A stretch of DNA of 64,000 bases from an uncultured Candidatus Saccharibacteria bacterium (lineage in GTDB: Bacteria > Patescibacteriota > Minisyncoccia > Phycocordibacterales > Phycocordibacteraceae). The position numbers were made by a program, and so were the translations under genes. The stretch lies in contig CAZXAN010000002.1 in assembly GCA_964638585.1 (NCBI GenBank), positions 73,291-137,290 on the forward strand, read 5' to 3'. Below, one piece after another: positions 1 through 7,977 of this stretch (its first letter is position 1; every line of letters begins with the position of its first letter). The notes under the pieces were generated by a model that saw only the letters and a list, made by a program, of their open reading frames with translations, ran no database searches and had not been told where the DNA came from.

Positions 1-334
1 CAACGACGCACCCTCTGGGACAAAGGTTGTTGTGTTAATTGACGGCGGATCAGCTTCAGCCTCCGAGATTTTTGCCGGCGCTCTTCAGGATTCAAAGAGA
101 GCAACTGTCATTGGTACCAAGTCTTTTGGCAAGGGCTCTGTGCAAACATTAATTGATCTTGGCGACGGTTCGCTCAAAGTCACTGTAGCGCGCTGGATAA
201 CGCCTGTCGGGCACTGGATTATGGGCAATGGAATTACTCCGGATATTATCGTGTCATTCACTCAAGAGGATGCTACCGCAAAGAAAGATCCTCAAATGCT
301 TCGCGCCATCCAATTTTTGACTACTGGCAAGTAG
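1..334 (+). CDS. C-terminal fragment of an S41 carboxyl-terminal processing (tail-specific) protease; the start lies upstream of the window
   Basis: The frame is open from nt 2. The translation (...VVLIDGGSASASEIFAGALQD...GKGSVQT...) matches the conserved S41 peptidase catalytic-domain region. Confidence 0.6.
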   Translation, partial: NDAPSGTKVVVLIDGGSASASEIFAGALQDSKRATVIGTKSFGKGSVQTLIDLGDGSLKVTVARWITPVGHWIMGNGITPDIIVSFTQEDATAKKDPQMLRAIQFLTTGK

Positions 335-399
335 TGCGTTTGCAAATTAAATAAACTGTGTTTTTCCACAGAGTTTACTTTATAGACATGTGCATAAAT

Positions 400-443
400 C
401 ACTGTACCTTAATTCGTCCTATAGGCTATACTAAGGTACAGTG
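400..443. promoter_or_regulatory. 44-bp perfect palindrome, CACTGTACCTTA-N20-TAAGGTACAGTG, with a CCTATAGG core in the loop. It sits immediately upstream of the PaaX-like gene and overlaps the GTG at 441. Candidate operator.
   Basis: Seen directly: 12-bp arms are exact reverse complements, and the central CCTATAGG is itself palindromic. A second imperfect copy lies at 1036-1075. Confidence 0.5.
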
Positions 444-1019
444 AAAAGAGAACAAAAAAGTCGAGTGAAGATGAAGAATCTGCTTCTCAGATCAATTGCT
501 GTTACAGGAGTAATAAGTGTCGCGCTTATTGCACCGAAGATTACACGATTGTTGAAAGAGCTTGACCGTCCAGCAAAAAACCGTGCGCGACTTTATCGGC
601 GTATTACGCAAGGACTTAATCGACTGGAACAGAATGGTTTTGTAACGGTGACTGGCAAATATGCGGAACGTCGAATTGAGATAACGAAAAAGGGAAGAGA
701 GGTGATGGAGCAGATTGAGTTTGGAGAGTATGTCATTCCCGAGCCAGCTTTCTGGGATGGGAAGTGGAGAGTATTGATTTTTGATATAAGAGAAAAAAGG
801 CGACGCATTCGTACCCAGCTCCGACGGCTTCTCCATGGTGCTGGATTTGTTCGTGTTCAAGATAGCGTGTGGGTATATCCGTATCCATGCGACGAATTCG
901 TCTCTCTTGTGAGGGCGCATCTTAGAAGTGGTGTCGGTGAAATGAGAGTTTTTGTAGCCGAAGCATTGGAGTCGGACAAGGACCTTCGAGAACATTTCAA
1001 ACTATTTTCTTTACCATAA
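441..1019 (+). CDS. PaaX-family winged-HTH transcriptional regulator. The real start is probably the ATG at 471 (MKNLLL...).
   Basis: N-terminal wHTH-like segment (RARLYRRITQGLNRLEQNGFVT). The C-terminal stretch WDGKWRVLIFDIREKRRRIRTQLRRLLHGAGFVRVQDSVWVYP matches the PaaX C-terminal domain pattern. Confidence 0.55.
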   Translation: MKREQKSRVKMKNLLLRSIAVTGVISVALIAPKITRLLKELDRPAKNRARLYRRITQGLNRLEQNGFVTVTGKYAERRIEITKKGREVMEQIEFGEYVIPEPAFWDGKWRVLIFDIREKRRRIRTQLRRLLHGAGFVRVQDSVWVYPYPCDEFVSLVRAHLRSGVGEMRVFVAEALESDKDLREHFKLFSLP

Positions 1020-1035
1020 TCTGTCTACGACACCG

Positions 1036-1075
1036 TGTACCTTAATAGAGCCTATAGGACGCAGTAAGGTTAAGT
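1036..1075. promoter_or_regulatory. Second, imperfect copy of the GTACCTTAAT...CCTATAGG...TAAGGT palindrome, between the PaaX-like gene and rplI
   Basis: GTGTACCTTAATAGAGCCTATAGGACGCAGTAAGGTTAAG. It shares the arms GTACCTTA/TAAGGT and the CCTATAGG core with the element at 400-443. Confidence 0.4.
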
Positions 1076-1111
1076 TGATTACCGGAGGAAAGTGCTGTAA
1101 GCTATAAGTAT

Positions 1112-1555
1112 ATGAAAGTAATTTTGATTAAAGATGTGAAAGGGATGGGGCGCGCGCATGACCACATAGAGGCCAAAGATGGTCATGCCTTAAACTATCT
1201 AATACCTAAGAAGCTCGCCATACCTGCGACACCAACGTCTGTTAAAGAGGCTGAGACTAGGCGCAAGCAGGTGGTGGAACGTGGAGCTGTTGATGCCGCA
1301 CTTCTGACCCAGAATCTGGCGTCACTCGCAGAATCTCGCATTGTTATTAAAATGAAGGCGAACGAAAAAGGCCATCTCTACGATGCTGTTGGAGAGGCTG
1401 ACATAAGCAAGGCGGTTAAAGAGCAGGCGCGCATTGACTTGCCAGAAGATGTCATAAAACTGGAGAAGCCTATTAAAGAGCTTGGCACGTTTGACGTCCC
1501 AGTGGCGTCTAGCGACACATTCGGAAAGTTTTCTATCACGATTGAAGCGGAATAA
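1112..1555 (+). CDS. rplI: 50S ribosomal protein L9
   Basis: MKVILIKDVKGMG...ALNYLIPKKLA... is typical of the L9 N-domain. A GGAGGA RBS lies 12 nt upstream. Confidence 0.9.
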   Translation: MKVILIKDVKGMGRAHDHIEAKDGHALNYLIPKKLAIPATPTSVKEAETRRKQVVERGAVDAALLTQNLASLAESRIVIKMKANEKGHLYDAVGEADISKAVKEQARIDLPEDVIKLEKPIKELGTFDVPVASSDTFGKFSITIEAE

Positions 1556-1561
1556 ATACGC

Positions 1562-1640
1562 GAGAACACAAGTAACAAAAACGGTCGCGCTCCGGGCCGC
1601 TAGGCCAAGTCTAACTACCATTTTTGTTACCTGTGTTCTC
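1562..1640. terminator. Long inverted repeat between convergent rplI and rpmA. The arms are 20 bp with one mismatch. Probable bidirectional terminator.
   Basis: GAGAACACAAGTAACAAAAA ... TTTTTGTTACCTGTGTTCTC, with an A-run inside one arm and a T-run inside the other. Confidence 0.5.
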
Positions 1641-1913
1641 TTAAAGCACGTCTGCGACGGTTTTGCGCATGATACGACCAGTAAAAGAGGTCTTGCGTTT
1701 GGTGCGATAGGCAACTGTGCCTACAGCTAGAGAGAATAGAGTGTGGTCGTGGCCTACACCGACGTTTTTACCGGCTTCTATCTTGGTCCCCCTCTGGCGG
1801 ACAATAACCATGCCTGGGCGGGCAGAAGCGCCGTCAGCAAGCTTAACACCGAGGTATTTCGGGTTTGAAGTATTGAGGTTCTTCGCTGATCCGCCGGCTT
1901 TAGTTGATGCCAT
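1641..1913 (-). CDS. rpmA: 50S ribosomal protein L27
   Basis: MASTKAGGSAKN...KYLGVK...VIVRQRGTK...GVGHDHTLFSL matches the L27 signature. Confidence 0.9.
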   Translation of the reverse strand: MASTKAGGSAKNLNTSNPKYLGVKLADGASARPGMVIVRQRGTKIEAGKNVGVGHDHTLFSLAVGTVAYRTKRKTSFTGRIMRKTVADVL

Positions 1914-1932
1914 AGTGGTATAGTTTTACTAA

Positions 1933-2280
1933 ATGACTATAGCAGAAGCGCGTGGAAAATGCAAAAGCTTTATAGGTAAAATACCAAGAGATGCCCTCGT
2001 TTTGGGCATTATAGTGCTCGCCTCGCTACTCAGCTTTAGCCTTGGGTATATGGCAGGAATTGACGTAGGGCAGGGGATACTTGAGTCCCCCACCGTCACA
2101 AATGCAGATCCTTCTACAAGCCAGAGGCAAGTCGTGGCGTCTAAGTCTGGCACCAAGTACTACTTCAAATCATGTGCCGGAGCAAAACGCATAACTGAAG
2201 CAAATAAAATAATATTTATTTCAACCTCGGCGGCGGAAGAGGCTGGTTATTCTCTTGCGTCAAATTGCAAAGATTTTTAG
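1933..2280 (+). CDS. Small membrane-anchored hypothetical protein with a C-terminal Ada-like metal-binding motif (KYYF.SC...F.S..AEEAGY)
   Basis: N-terminal TM helix. The C-terminus resembles Ada_Zn_binding-type domains. Confidence 0.4.
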   Translation: MTIAEARGKCKSFIGKIPRDALVLGIIVLASLLSFSLGYMAGIDVGQGILESPTVTNADPSTSQRQVVASKSGTKYYFKSCAGAKRITEANKIIFISTSAAEEAGYSLASNCKDF

Positions 2281-2296
2281 TGTTAAAATATAATCA

Positions 2297-3019
2297 ATGA
2301 ATGATGACTTGACGACAGCAGAAAACCTGACCAAACATATTCATGAGGGTCGCAGCACTATGCCAGATGATCGCCCACTGCTCGTGTGCAAACCTAAGAA
2401 GATTGAGTCGTGGAGAATCTTCAAAATAATGTCCGAGTTTGTTGAAGGGTTTAATATAATCCGCAGATATGGTCTAGCCGCGACATTCTTCGGCAGTTCG
2501 CGAGCGACTCTGGACCACGACTCTTATGTAGACGCCACAGAGCTCGCCAGCCGGCTCTCAAAAAAGGGTTTTGCTATTATTACCGGAGGCAGTTCTGGAA
2601 TTATGCAGGCCGCAAACATGGGTGCATTTGAATCTGGTGGAGTATCACTTGGACTCAATATCAATCTGCCTGACGCCCAATCTTACAATCCATACCTTAC
2701 AGAAAAATTTAACTTTGATCACTTTTTTGTCCGCAAGGTTATGCTCACTTATGCTTCTGAAGTTTATATATACTTTCCAGGTGGTTTTGGCACTTTAGAC
2801 GAATTTTTTGAGGTTGTAACTCTCGTACAGACCAAGAAGATTCGCCATGTGCCAATTATTCTCTTTGGTAGTGACTTTTGGAATCCACTGCTCGCTTTTA
2901 TAGAAAAAAAGGTGTATCAGGAACACAAGTCAATAGATAAGGCTGACATGGATCTTTACACAGTTGTGGACACGGTTGACGAGGCATATGACTATATAAT
3001 TAAAAATGTAATTTGTTAA
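2297..3019 (+). CDS. LOG-family protein (TIGR00730; cytokinin riboside 5'-monophosphate phosphoribohydrolase-like)
   Basis: GFAIITGGSSGIMQAANMGA ... PGGFGTLDEFFEVVTLVQT are the diagnostic LOG motifs (GGGxGxM, PGGxGTxxE). Confidence 0.75.
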   Translation: MNDDLTTAENLTKHIHEGRSTMPDDRPLLVCKPKKIESWRIFKIMSEFVEGFNIIRRYGLAATFFGSSRATLDHDSYVDATELASRLSKKGFAIITGGSSGIMQAANMGAFESGGVSLGLNINLPDAQSYNPYLTEKFNFDHFFVRKVMLTYASEVYIYFPGGFGTLDEFFEVVTLVQTKKIRHVPIILFGSDFWNPLLAFIEKKVYQEHKSIDKADMDLYTVVDTVDEAYDYIIKNVIC

Positions 3020-3136
3020 CATGAAGCAAAGAAAATATTCTGCAAGCAGGCTCCAGCTATACGCCTTTTGGACAGGATTCACAAGCACCGTCATTAGTCT
3101 TTTGCACGTCATCATCATCGCGTTAAAAAAATAAAT

Positions 3137-3628
3137 ATGGAACCGAAACCACAAGTGCTCCATGAGGTCGTCATAACTGCTATCGTTGTCAAAGATAGTA
3201 AATATTTAATTACGCGACGGGCCCTCACAAAGAAGCGTTTCGGCGGAATGTGGACGGTCCCTGGAGGTAAGCTCGAGACAAGCGACTACGTAAATCTGCC
3301 CAAAGATACAAAAGATTATTGGTATAACGTTTTAGAACAAGTACTGCGCCGCGAGGTTAAAGAAGAAACCGGCCTCGAGATTAAAAATATAGAATACGTT
3401 ACGTCGCTTGCCACAATCCATGCAGACGGCGCGCCATCGCTCGTGATATCTTGCATGGCCGATTGGGAGAGCGGGGAAGTTGTCTTACAAGAAAGCGAGA
3501 CCGACCAGTCCGCCTGGGTCTCTCTAGAAGAAGCTAAAAACTACGATTTGATTGGTGGTATTTATGAAGAGCTAGAAATGGCAGAAGCGCGCCGGAAGGG
3601 ACATAAGTCTGAATGGAAGCGGGATTAA
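3137..3628 (+). CDS. NUDIX hydrolase
   Basis: Nudix box GGKLETSDY...LRREVKEETGLEI. Confidence 0.75.
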   Translation: MEPKPQVLHEVVITAIVVKDSKYLITRRALTKKRFGGMWTVPGGKLETSDYVNLPKDTKDYWYNVLEQVLRREVKEETGLEIKNIEYVTSLATIHADGAPSLVISCMADWESGEVVLQESETDQSAWVSLEEAKNYDLIGGIYEELEMAEARRKGHKSEWKRD

Positions 3629-3634
3629 AAACGA

Positions 3635-3654
3635 CGGCCGCGTTTAGCGCGGCC
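3635..3654. terminator. Hairpin CGGCCGCG-TTTA-CGCGGCCG between two convergent NUDIX genes; bidirectional terminator
   Basis: Perfect 8-bp GC stem with flanking A and T runs. Confidence 0.5.
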
Positions 3655-3656
3655 GA

Positions 3657-4127
3657 TTAGTCAATAAATGGTGAGAACTCAATCTTTAGAAAACCTTTTG
3701 CTCGTTCTTTGTAATACACGTTCGCGTAGAACTTCTCGCCACGAACAAGCTGTGGCAGCCATTTGTCATCCGACTCAAGCATGCGACCAAATGGAATCTT
3801 ATCAATGACATGCCACTCAGGAACCATGCTTGCGGTCTCTTTCGGTTCGCCGAAAAAATAATTCGCTCGGTAAACGTATACTTCAAAGTCCGCTACGCCA
3901 TTTACAAAGAAGGTAATAACAGCGCACAATTCAAGTCTCGTCGGATCAAGTATAACCCCTAGTTCTTCTTCAGTCTCGCGCACGAGACATTCTACAAGTG
4001 TCTCACCTAATTCCAATTTTCCGCCTGGACCGTTTAGAGTGCCTTCGCCGATTTCAGGTTTTCCTTGTTTACGACCTAGCAGGATATGATCATTGCGAGT
4101 AATGATACCGAGCGTTGCGATTTTCAT
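3657..4127 (-). CDS. NUDIX hydrolase. The ORF track extends to 4172; the likely start is MKIATLG at 4127.
   Basis: GPGGKLELGETLVECLVRETEEELGV is a Nudix box. Confidence 0.7.
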   Translation of the reverse strand: MKIATLGIITRNDHILLGRKQGKPEIGEGTLNGPGGKLELGETLVECLVRETEEELGVILDPTRLELCAVITFFVNGVADFEVYVYRANYFFGEPKETASMVPEWHVIDKIPFGRMLESDDKWLPQLVRGEKFYANVYYKERAKGFLKIEFSPFID

Positions 4128-4186
4128 AATCAATTTCCCTCTGGTTACGTTCTGGCTACGATAGTAACACACCTATTGCAAGAGCT

Positions 4187-4735
4187 CTATCTTTTTAGTT
4201 TCTTTTGTATATCCGAGTATTTTTCCTTGTCCCAGAAAGATAAAAAGCCTCCTAACTCTTTTGATGCAGAAAACGAATAGCCATAAACCTCTTGTTCTTC
4301 AGGGTCTGTATATGGAACGCATATGCATTCTTTAATATTGCTTTGTTTAAAATAAATAAGCATTTTCTCAGGATTGTGTGTATGGCCACATTCAACAACA
4401 ATCGACTTGTCGGTTGTTATAACATCGGGATAATAACCACACAGCGGATGTTCATATAACACTTTTAGACCAAGACTTTTTTGCAGATATTCGCCAGACA
4501 ATATTTTAAGCGCGATGTGCTCATTACCTCCGCCAGCAGCGTCATCTGAACGTGTATTCTTTTCTAGATTATGCAATATAGCTAAATACTCTTGACGATT
4601 TGTGATAGGGAAGACTCGCAGTAGTAGATACTGTTCGTCAACCAAAAATGCAATATCTCGAATAATCTGTCTGTCACCGTTAAATGCATGTTCTCCAGAA
4701 TAAAATGCATCTCGTATACGCTTATACGTGTCCAT
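4187..4735 (-). CDS. Hypothetical protein, possibly a PD-(D/E)XK-like nuclease fold (YYPDVI ... IVVECGH)
   Basis: No strong family match by eye. A beta-strand PD...E.G pattern is present, and the gene is immediately downstream of the tyrosine recombinase. Confidence 0.4.
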   Translation of the reverse strand: MDTYKRIRDAFYSGEHAFNGDRQIIRDIAFLVDEQYLLLRVFPITNRQEYLAILHNLEKNTRSDDAAGGGNEHIALKILSGEYLQKSLGLKVLYEHPLCGYYPDVITTDKSIVVECGHTHNPEKMLIYFKQSNIKECICVPYTDPEEQEVYGYSFSASKELGGFLSFWDKEKYSDIQKKLKR

Positions 4736-4739
4736 ATTT

Positions 4740-5702
4740 TTATGTTTTTAAATCACTACCGCCATGGAATTTTTCATGTATGTCTCGGAGTCGTTTATTT
4801 GTCACGTGCGTATAGATTTGTGTAGTTGCAACATTTTTGTGACCTAGTAGCTCTTGCACGCTGCGCAAGTCCGCTCCATGCGATAATAGATCGGTCGCAT
4901 AAGTATGACGTAGGGTGTGCGGAGTAACTTTTTTAGATAGCCCAGCGAGTATTGCACAGCGCGAGATCATCTTTTGAATAGAGCGCGCAGTTAGCCTAGT
5001 AGCATCTTCATTTTTAGAACGAAAATTTATAAACAAGGGGTCGTACACATCGCGTCGAGCCTTTAGATATGTGCGAAGCCATTCAGCTGCACGTGGAGAA
5101 ATGAAGATTGTACGAATATGCTTGCCCTTACCTACAATTGAAAGTTCATAGGTTCGTGTGCGACTGTTGTCATCGAGAAAAGATACTTGATTCACATCGA
5201 GCGATACGAGTTCAGCTATACGCATACCGGATGAAAAGAATAGCTCCATAATAGCGCGATCACGCAAACCGGATGGTGTTAATATATTTGTAATTTTCAG
5301 CATTTTTTCGACGTCGCGTACTTCAAGAAATGCTAGTGTATGTTCTTCTTTCTGTTTGGCAAGTTTTACTTTGGAGGATGGAATTGTATCTATGTCGCGA
5401 TCTGCAAGATAGTTTAAAAATGCACGCAATGCTATTAGATAATAATTTTGAGATTTTTTACCAAGATATTCACCACGTAACGTTTTGTATTTTTGCGCCA
5501 AGTAGAGTCGATAATCCCATATATGTTTTGCTGTCAATTCATGTGGTAAAAGTTTTGGTTGTTCAGTTTTATTGAGCCAGCCGGAAAATAATTTTAAATA
5601 TTGTTCGTAATTGCGTTGAGTATTGTTAGATAGTCCTTTTTCAACCTCGCAGTATTCAAGGAAGGGGAGTATATGATCAGGAAGTGGTATTTTGCTCAGC
5701 AT
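4740..5702 (-). CDS. Tyrosine site-specific recombinase (XerC/XerD family)
   Basis: C-terminal catalytic motifs HTLRHTYATDLLSHGADLRSVQELLGHKNVATTQIYTHV (R..H..R..Y). N-terminal SAM-like domain. Confidence 0.8.
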   Translation of the reverse strand: MLSKIPLPDHILPFLEYCEVEKGLSNNTQRNYEQYLKLFSGWLNKTEQPKLLPHELTAKHIWDYRLYLAQKYKTLRGEYLGKKSQNYYLIALRAFLNYLADRDIDTIPSSKVKLAKQKEEHTLAFLEVRDVEKMLKITNILTPSGLRDRAIMELFFSSGMRIAELVSLDVNQVSFLDDNSRTRTYELSIVGKGKHIRTIFISPRAAEWLRTYLKARRDVYDPLFINFRSKNEDATRLTARSIQKMISRCAILAGLSKKVTPHTLRHTYATDLLSHGADLRSVQELLGHKNVATTQIYTHVTNKRLRDIHEKFHGGSDLKT

Positions 5703-5776
5703 ATGTTATAAGTCTACTATAGAGTTACGTTCGCACAATATATGTAAAACGACTAATATGTGGATAACGCCCATGT

Positions 5777-5968
5777 CTACGTATTAAGCAATGTCTGAAC
5801 ATGCAAACTAATCCATTGCCATGCTTGTGTAATAAGATGAAAGAGGTAACTAACATTAGCCTGACCGGCTGGGGAGTTGATAATGGCCTCAAGAGATATA
5901 CCAAAGAAGGACAGCGCTAGGATCAGGACGAATATCCAGAAGATGGTTCGTAACATAGGTGGGAGCAT
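5777..5968 (-). CDS. Possible small membrane protein (63 aa from MLPPML...)
   Basis: Hydrophobic ORF in a 300-bp spacer upstream of xerC. No further support. Confidence 0.2.
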   Translation of the reverse strand: MLPPMLRTIFWIFVLILALSFFGISLEAIINSPAGQANVSYLFHLITQAWQWISLHVQTLLNT

Positions 5969-6004
5969 TATACTACTTATATAGAGTAGTGCTAATATCT
6001 CGGC

Positions 6005-6643
6005 ATGACGAGAAAAGAGATTGCACTCAAGCATTTTAAGAGAGTTGACCCTCTATTCCACAAGGCCACATTACAACACCACACTTCCCTGCCAATGCAA
6101 CTAGAAGAAAAGAAGACTCACGCTTCGCTTTTTGTTGCACTTGTATCAATCGTTATCTCTCAACAGCTTGGGACTACCGTGGCAGACGTGATCTTTGCCA
6201 GAGTAAAGAAGGCGTGCAGGGACAGACTCTCTCCAGACGCTGTTTTGGGAGCCTCTCTTGCAAAGCTTCGTTCTGCAGGGCTATCTGGTTCTAAAATAAA
6301 AACTCTTCATGCGATTGCTACAGCAATAAAAAATGGCGAGCTAGATTTGCTCGCATTAAAAAAGATTGATGAAGAAGATGCTGGGAAAAGACTTATGCAG
6401 ATATGGGGACTTGGGCCATGGTCGGTAGAGATGTTTATGATGTTTGCGCTTGGCAGGAGCGACGTATTTTCTGCCGGCGACCTTGGCTTAGTTCGTGCAA
6501 TGGAGTCAATTTATGATTTGCCAAAAAATTCTCCGCGATCTTCCCTGCTTGTTATCGCAAATAAATGGTCTCCACATCGCACATACGCATCGCTTCTTCT
6601 CTGGGCAACTCGCGACTCTAAGGGACAGAATTTTACAAATTAG
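6005..6643 (+). CDS. alkA: DNA-3-methyladenine glycosylase II (AlkA-like) of the HhH-GPD superfamily
   Basis: GLGPWSVEMFMMFALGRSDVFSAGDLGL is an HhH-GPD motif with the catalytic Asp. Confidence 0.7.
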   Translation: MTRKEIALKHFKRVDPLFHKATLQHHTSLPMQLEEKKTHASLFVALVSIVISQQLGTTVADVIFARVKKACRDRLSPDAVLGASLAKLRSAGLSGSKIKTLHAIATAIKNGELDLLALKKIDEEDAGKRLMQIWGLGPWSVEMFMMFALGRSDVFSAGDLGLVRAMESIYDLPKNSPRSSLLVIANKWSPHRTYASLLLWATRDSKGQNFTN

Positions 6644-7977
6644 AGATACGACAATGGGTTGAGGTATGCGTCGAGGGCTGCCACAGGCATCGTTGCGTCG
6701 GCACAACCGATTTTAGAACCGCGGAATTGGCGTAGGGTCATAATCTGCATGCCTTCAGTCGCATAAACGCCAAAGTGGATATGAGGTCCAGTAGCCATAC
6801 CTGTCATACCAGATAGACCGATCACCTGCCCTGTACTGACTGTCTGACCTTTTGACACGTCAATTGACGAGAGATGTGAATACACGGTACTCAAACCGTT
6901 GCTGTGCACGACGAGTATCCATTTGCCAAACGAGTAGCACCCTTTTATCAGGTCTGTGTTGCCTGTGCCTAGTACAGTACCGCCAAGGGACGCTTGAACA
7001 GGTGTGCCGATAGGCGCTGCGATATCTATGGCATTGTGACCCTTCCCGTGATAGATTTGCGGATTTTCTGTCGCAAATTTGGTGTTGCCAAAGTATTGTG
7101 TGATACAAAATTGATTGCCTAAGCGACTCTTCAATCTCGCACATCCAAGCATAAATTTACTACTAAACGGCCATGACAAGACTCCAGAGCCGACCTTAGG
7201 CAAAAGTCCTGGGTGCACGATTAAGTTCAACTGTCCTTGCAGGTTTATAAGCTCTTGCTCAAATGCCTTACCTGCTGCTTGTTTTTGTGCGATAAGACTT
7301 TGATAATTTGATTCTTTATTTTTAGTTTGCGTTAATAGTTGTTGCTGTACAGACTTGCTTGCATCTACTGAATGCTTCTGGCTTGCCAAGTCTTTTTTGA
7401 GAGAAACCAAGTTTGCTTTTTCGGCTGACACTTGGTCTCTGTTTGTTGTGAGTGCAGTGCGGACCTCTCTAAGATCGTTTATACGTGCGAGCAGTGACTG
7501 GTTAAATTGAATAGTCTCTTCTGTGGCCTGCCACACTTCACGCAGTGAATCAGTAAAAACTAGCTTGAGAACAAGAGAAGACTCTTCATCTTCGGCAACG
7601 CTTCTAAGAGCCTTCCCTATCGTCTCCTGATTTGTTTTTATAGATGTTTCTTTATCACCAATAGATTGTGTAAGACTCTGAATCTTGAGATTTGCAGAAG
7701 AAATTTTATTTTGAGTAACTTGAATCTGAGCTGCAAGCTGTTTTTGGTTGAGGGTTAGGGTATTGATTGTGGACTGCAGAGTATTCTTCTGTGTCCCTAT
7801 AACGTCAAGTTCTTTTTGGAACGAAGCTATCTCTGCCTGTAGCTCTGCCAGTTTCTTATTGTTTGCATCAATCTGTGCCTGTATGTCTGCCACCGATTGC
7901 GCATGAGTAACCGGCGCGTACGAAATGATTAAAAGTATAGGTACTAAAAAATAGAGAATGTACGCGCGATTCATCAC
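6640..7977 (-). CDS. M23 family peptidoglycan endopeptidase with an N-terminal signal peptide and a long coiled-coil (EnvC/NlpD-like)
   Basis: The C-terminus carries GHNAIDIAAP...HIHFGVY, the M23 HxxxD / HxH motifs. Heptad-rich Q/L/K stretch. Confidence 0.8.
   Translation of the reverse strand: MMNRAYILYFLVPILLIISYAPVTHAQSVADIQAQIDANNKKLAELQAEIASFQKELDVIGTQKNTLQSTINTLTLNQKQLAAQIQVTQNKISSANLKIQSLTQSIGDKETSIKTNQETIGKALRSVAEDEESSLVLKLVFTDSLREVWQATEETIQFNQSLLARINDLREVRTALTTNRDQVSAEKANLVSLKKDLASQKHSVDASKSVQQQLLTQTKNKESNYQSLIAQKQAAGKAFEQELINLQGQLNLIVHPGLLPKVGSGVLSWPFSSKFMLGCARLKSRLGNQFCITQYFGNTKFATENPQIYHGKGHNAIDIAAPIGTPVQASLGGTVLGTGNTDLIKGCYSFGKWILVVHSNGLSTVYSHLSSIDVSKGQTVSTGQVIGLSGMTGMATGPHIHFGVYATEGMQIMTLRQFRGSKIGCADATMPVAALDAYLNPLSYL

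Noticed and set aside
492-995. 167-aa minus-strand ORF
   Set aside because: It is antisense to the PaaX-like regulator gene and has no independent support.
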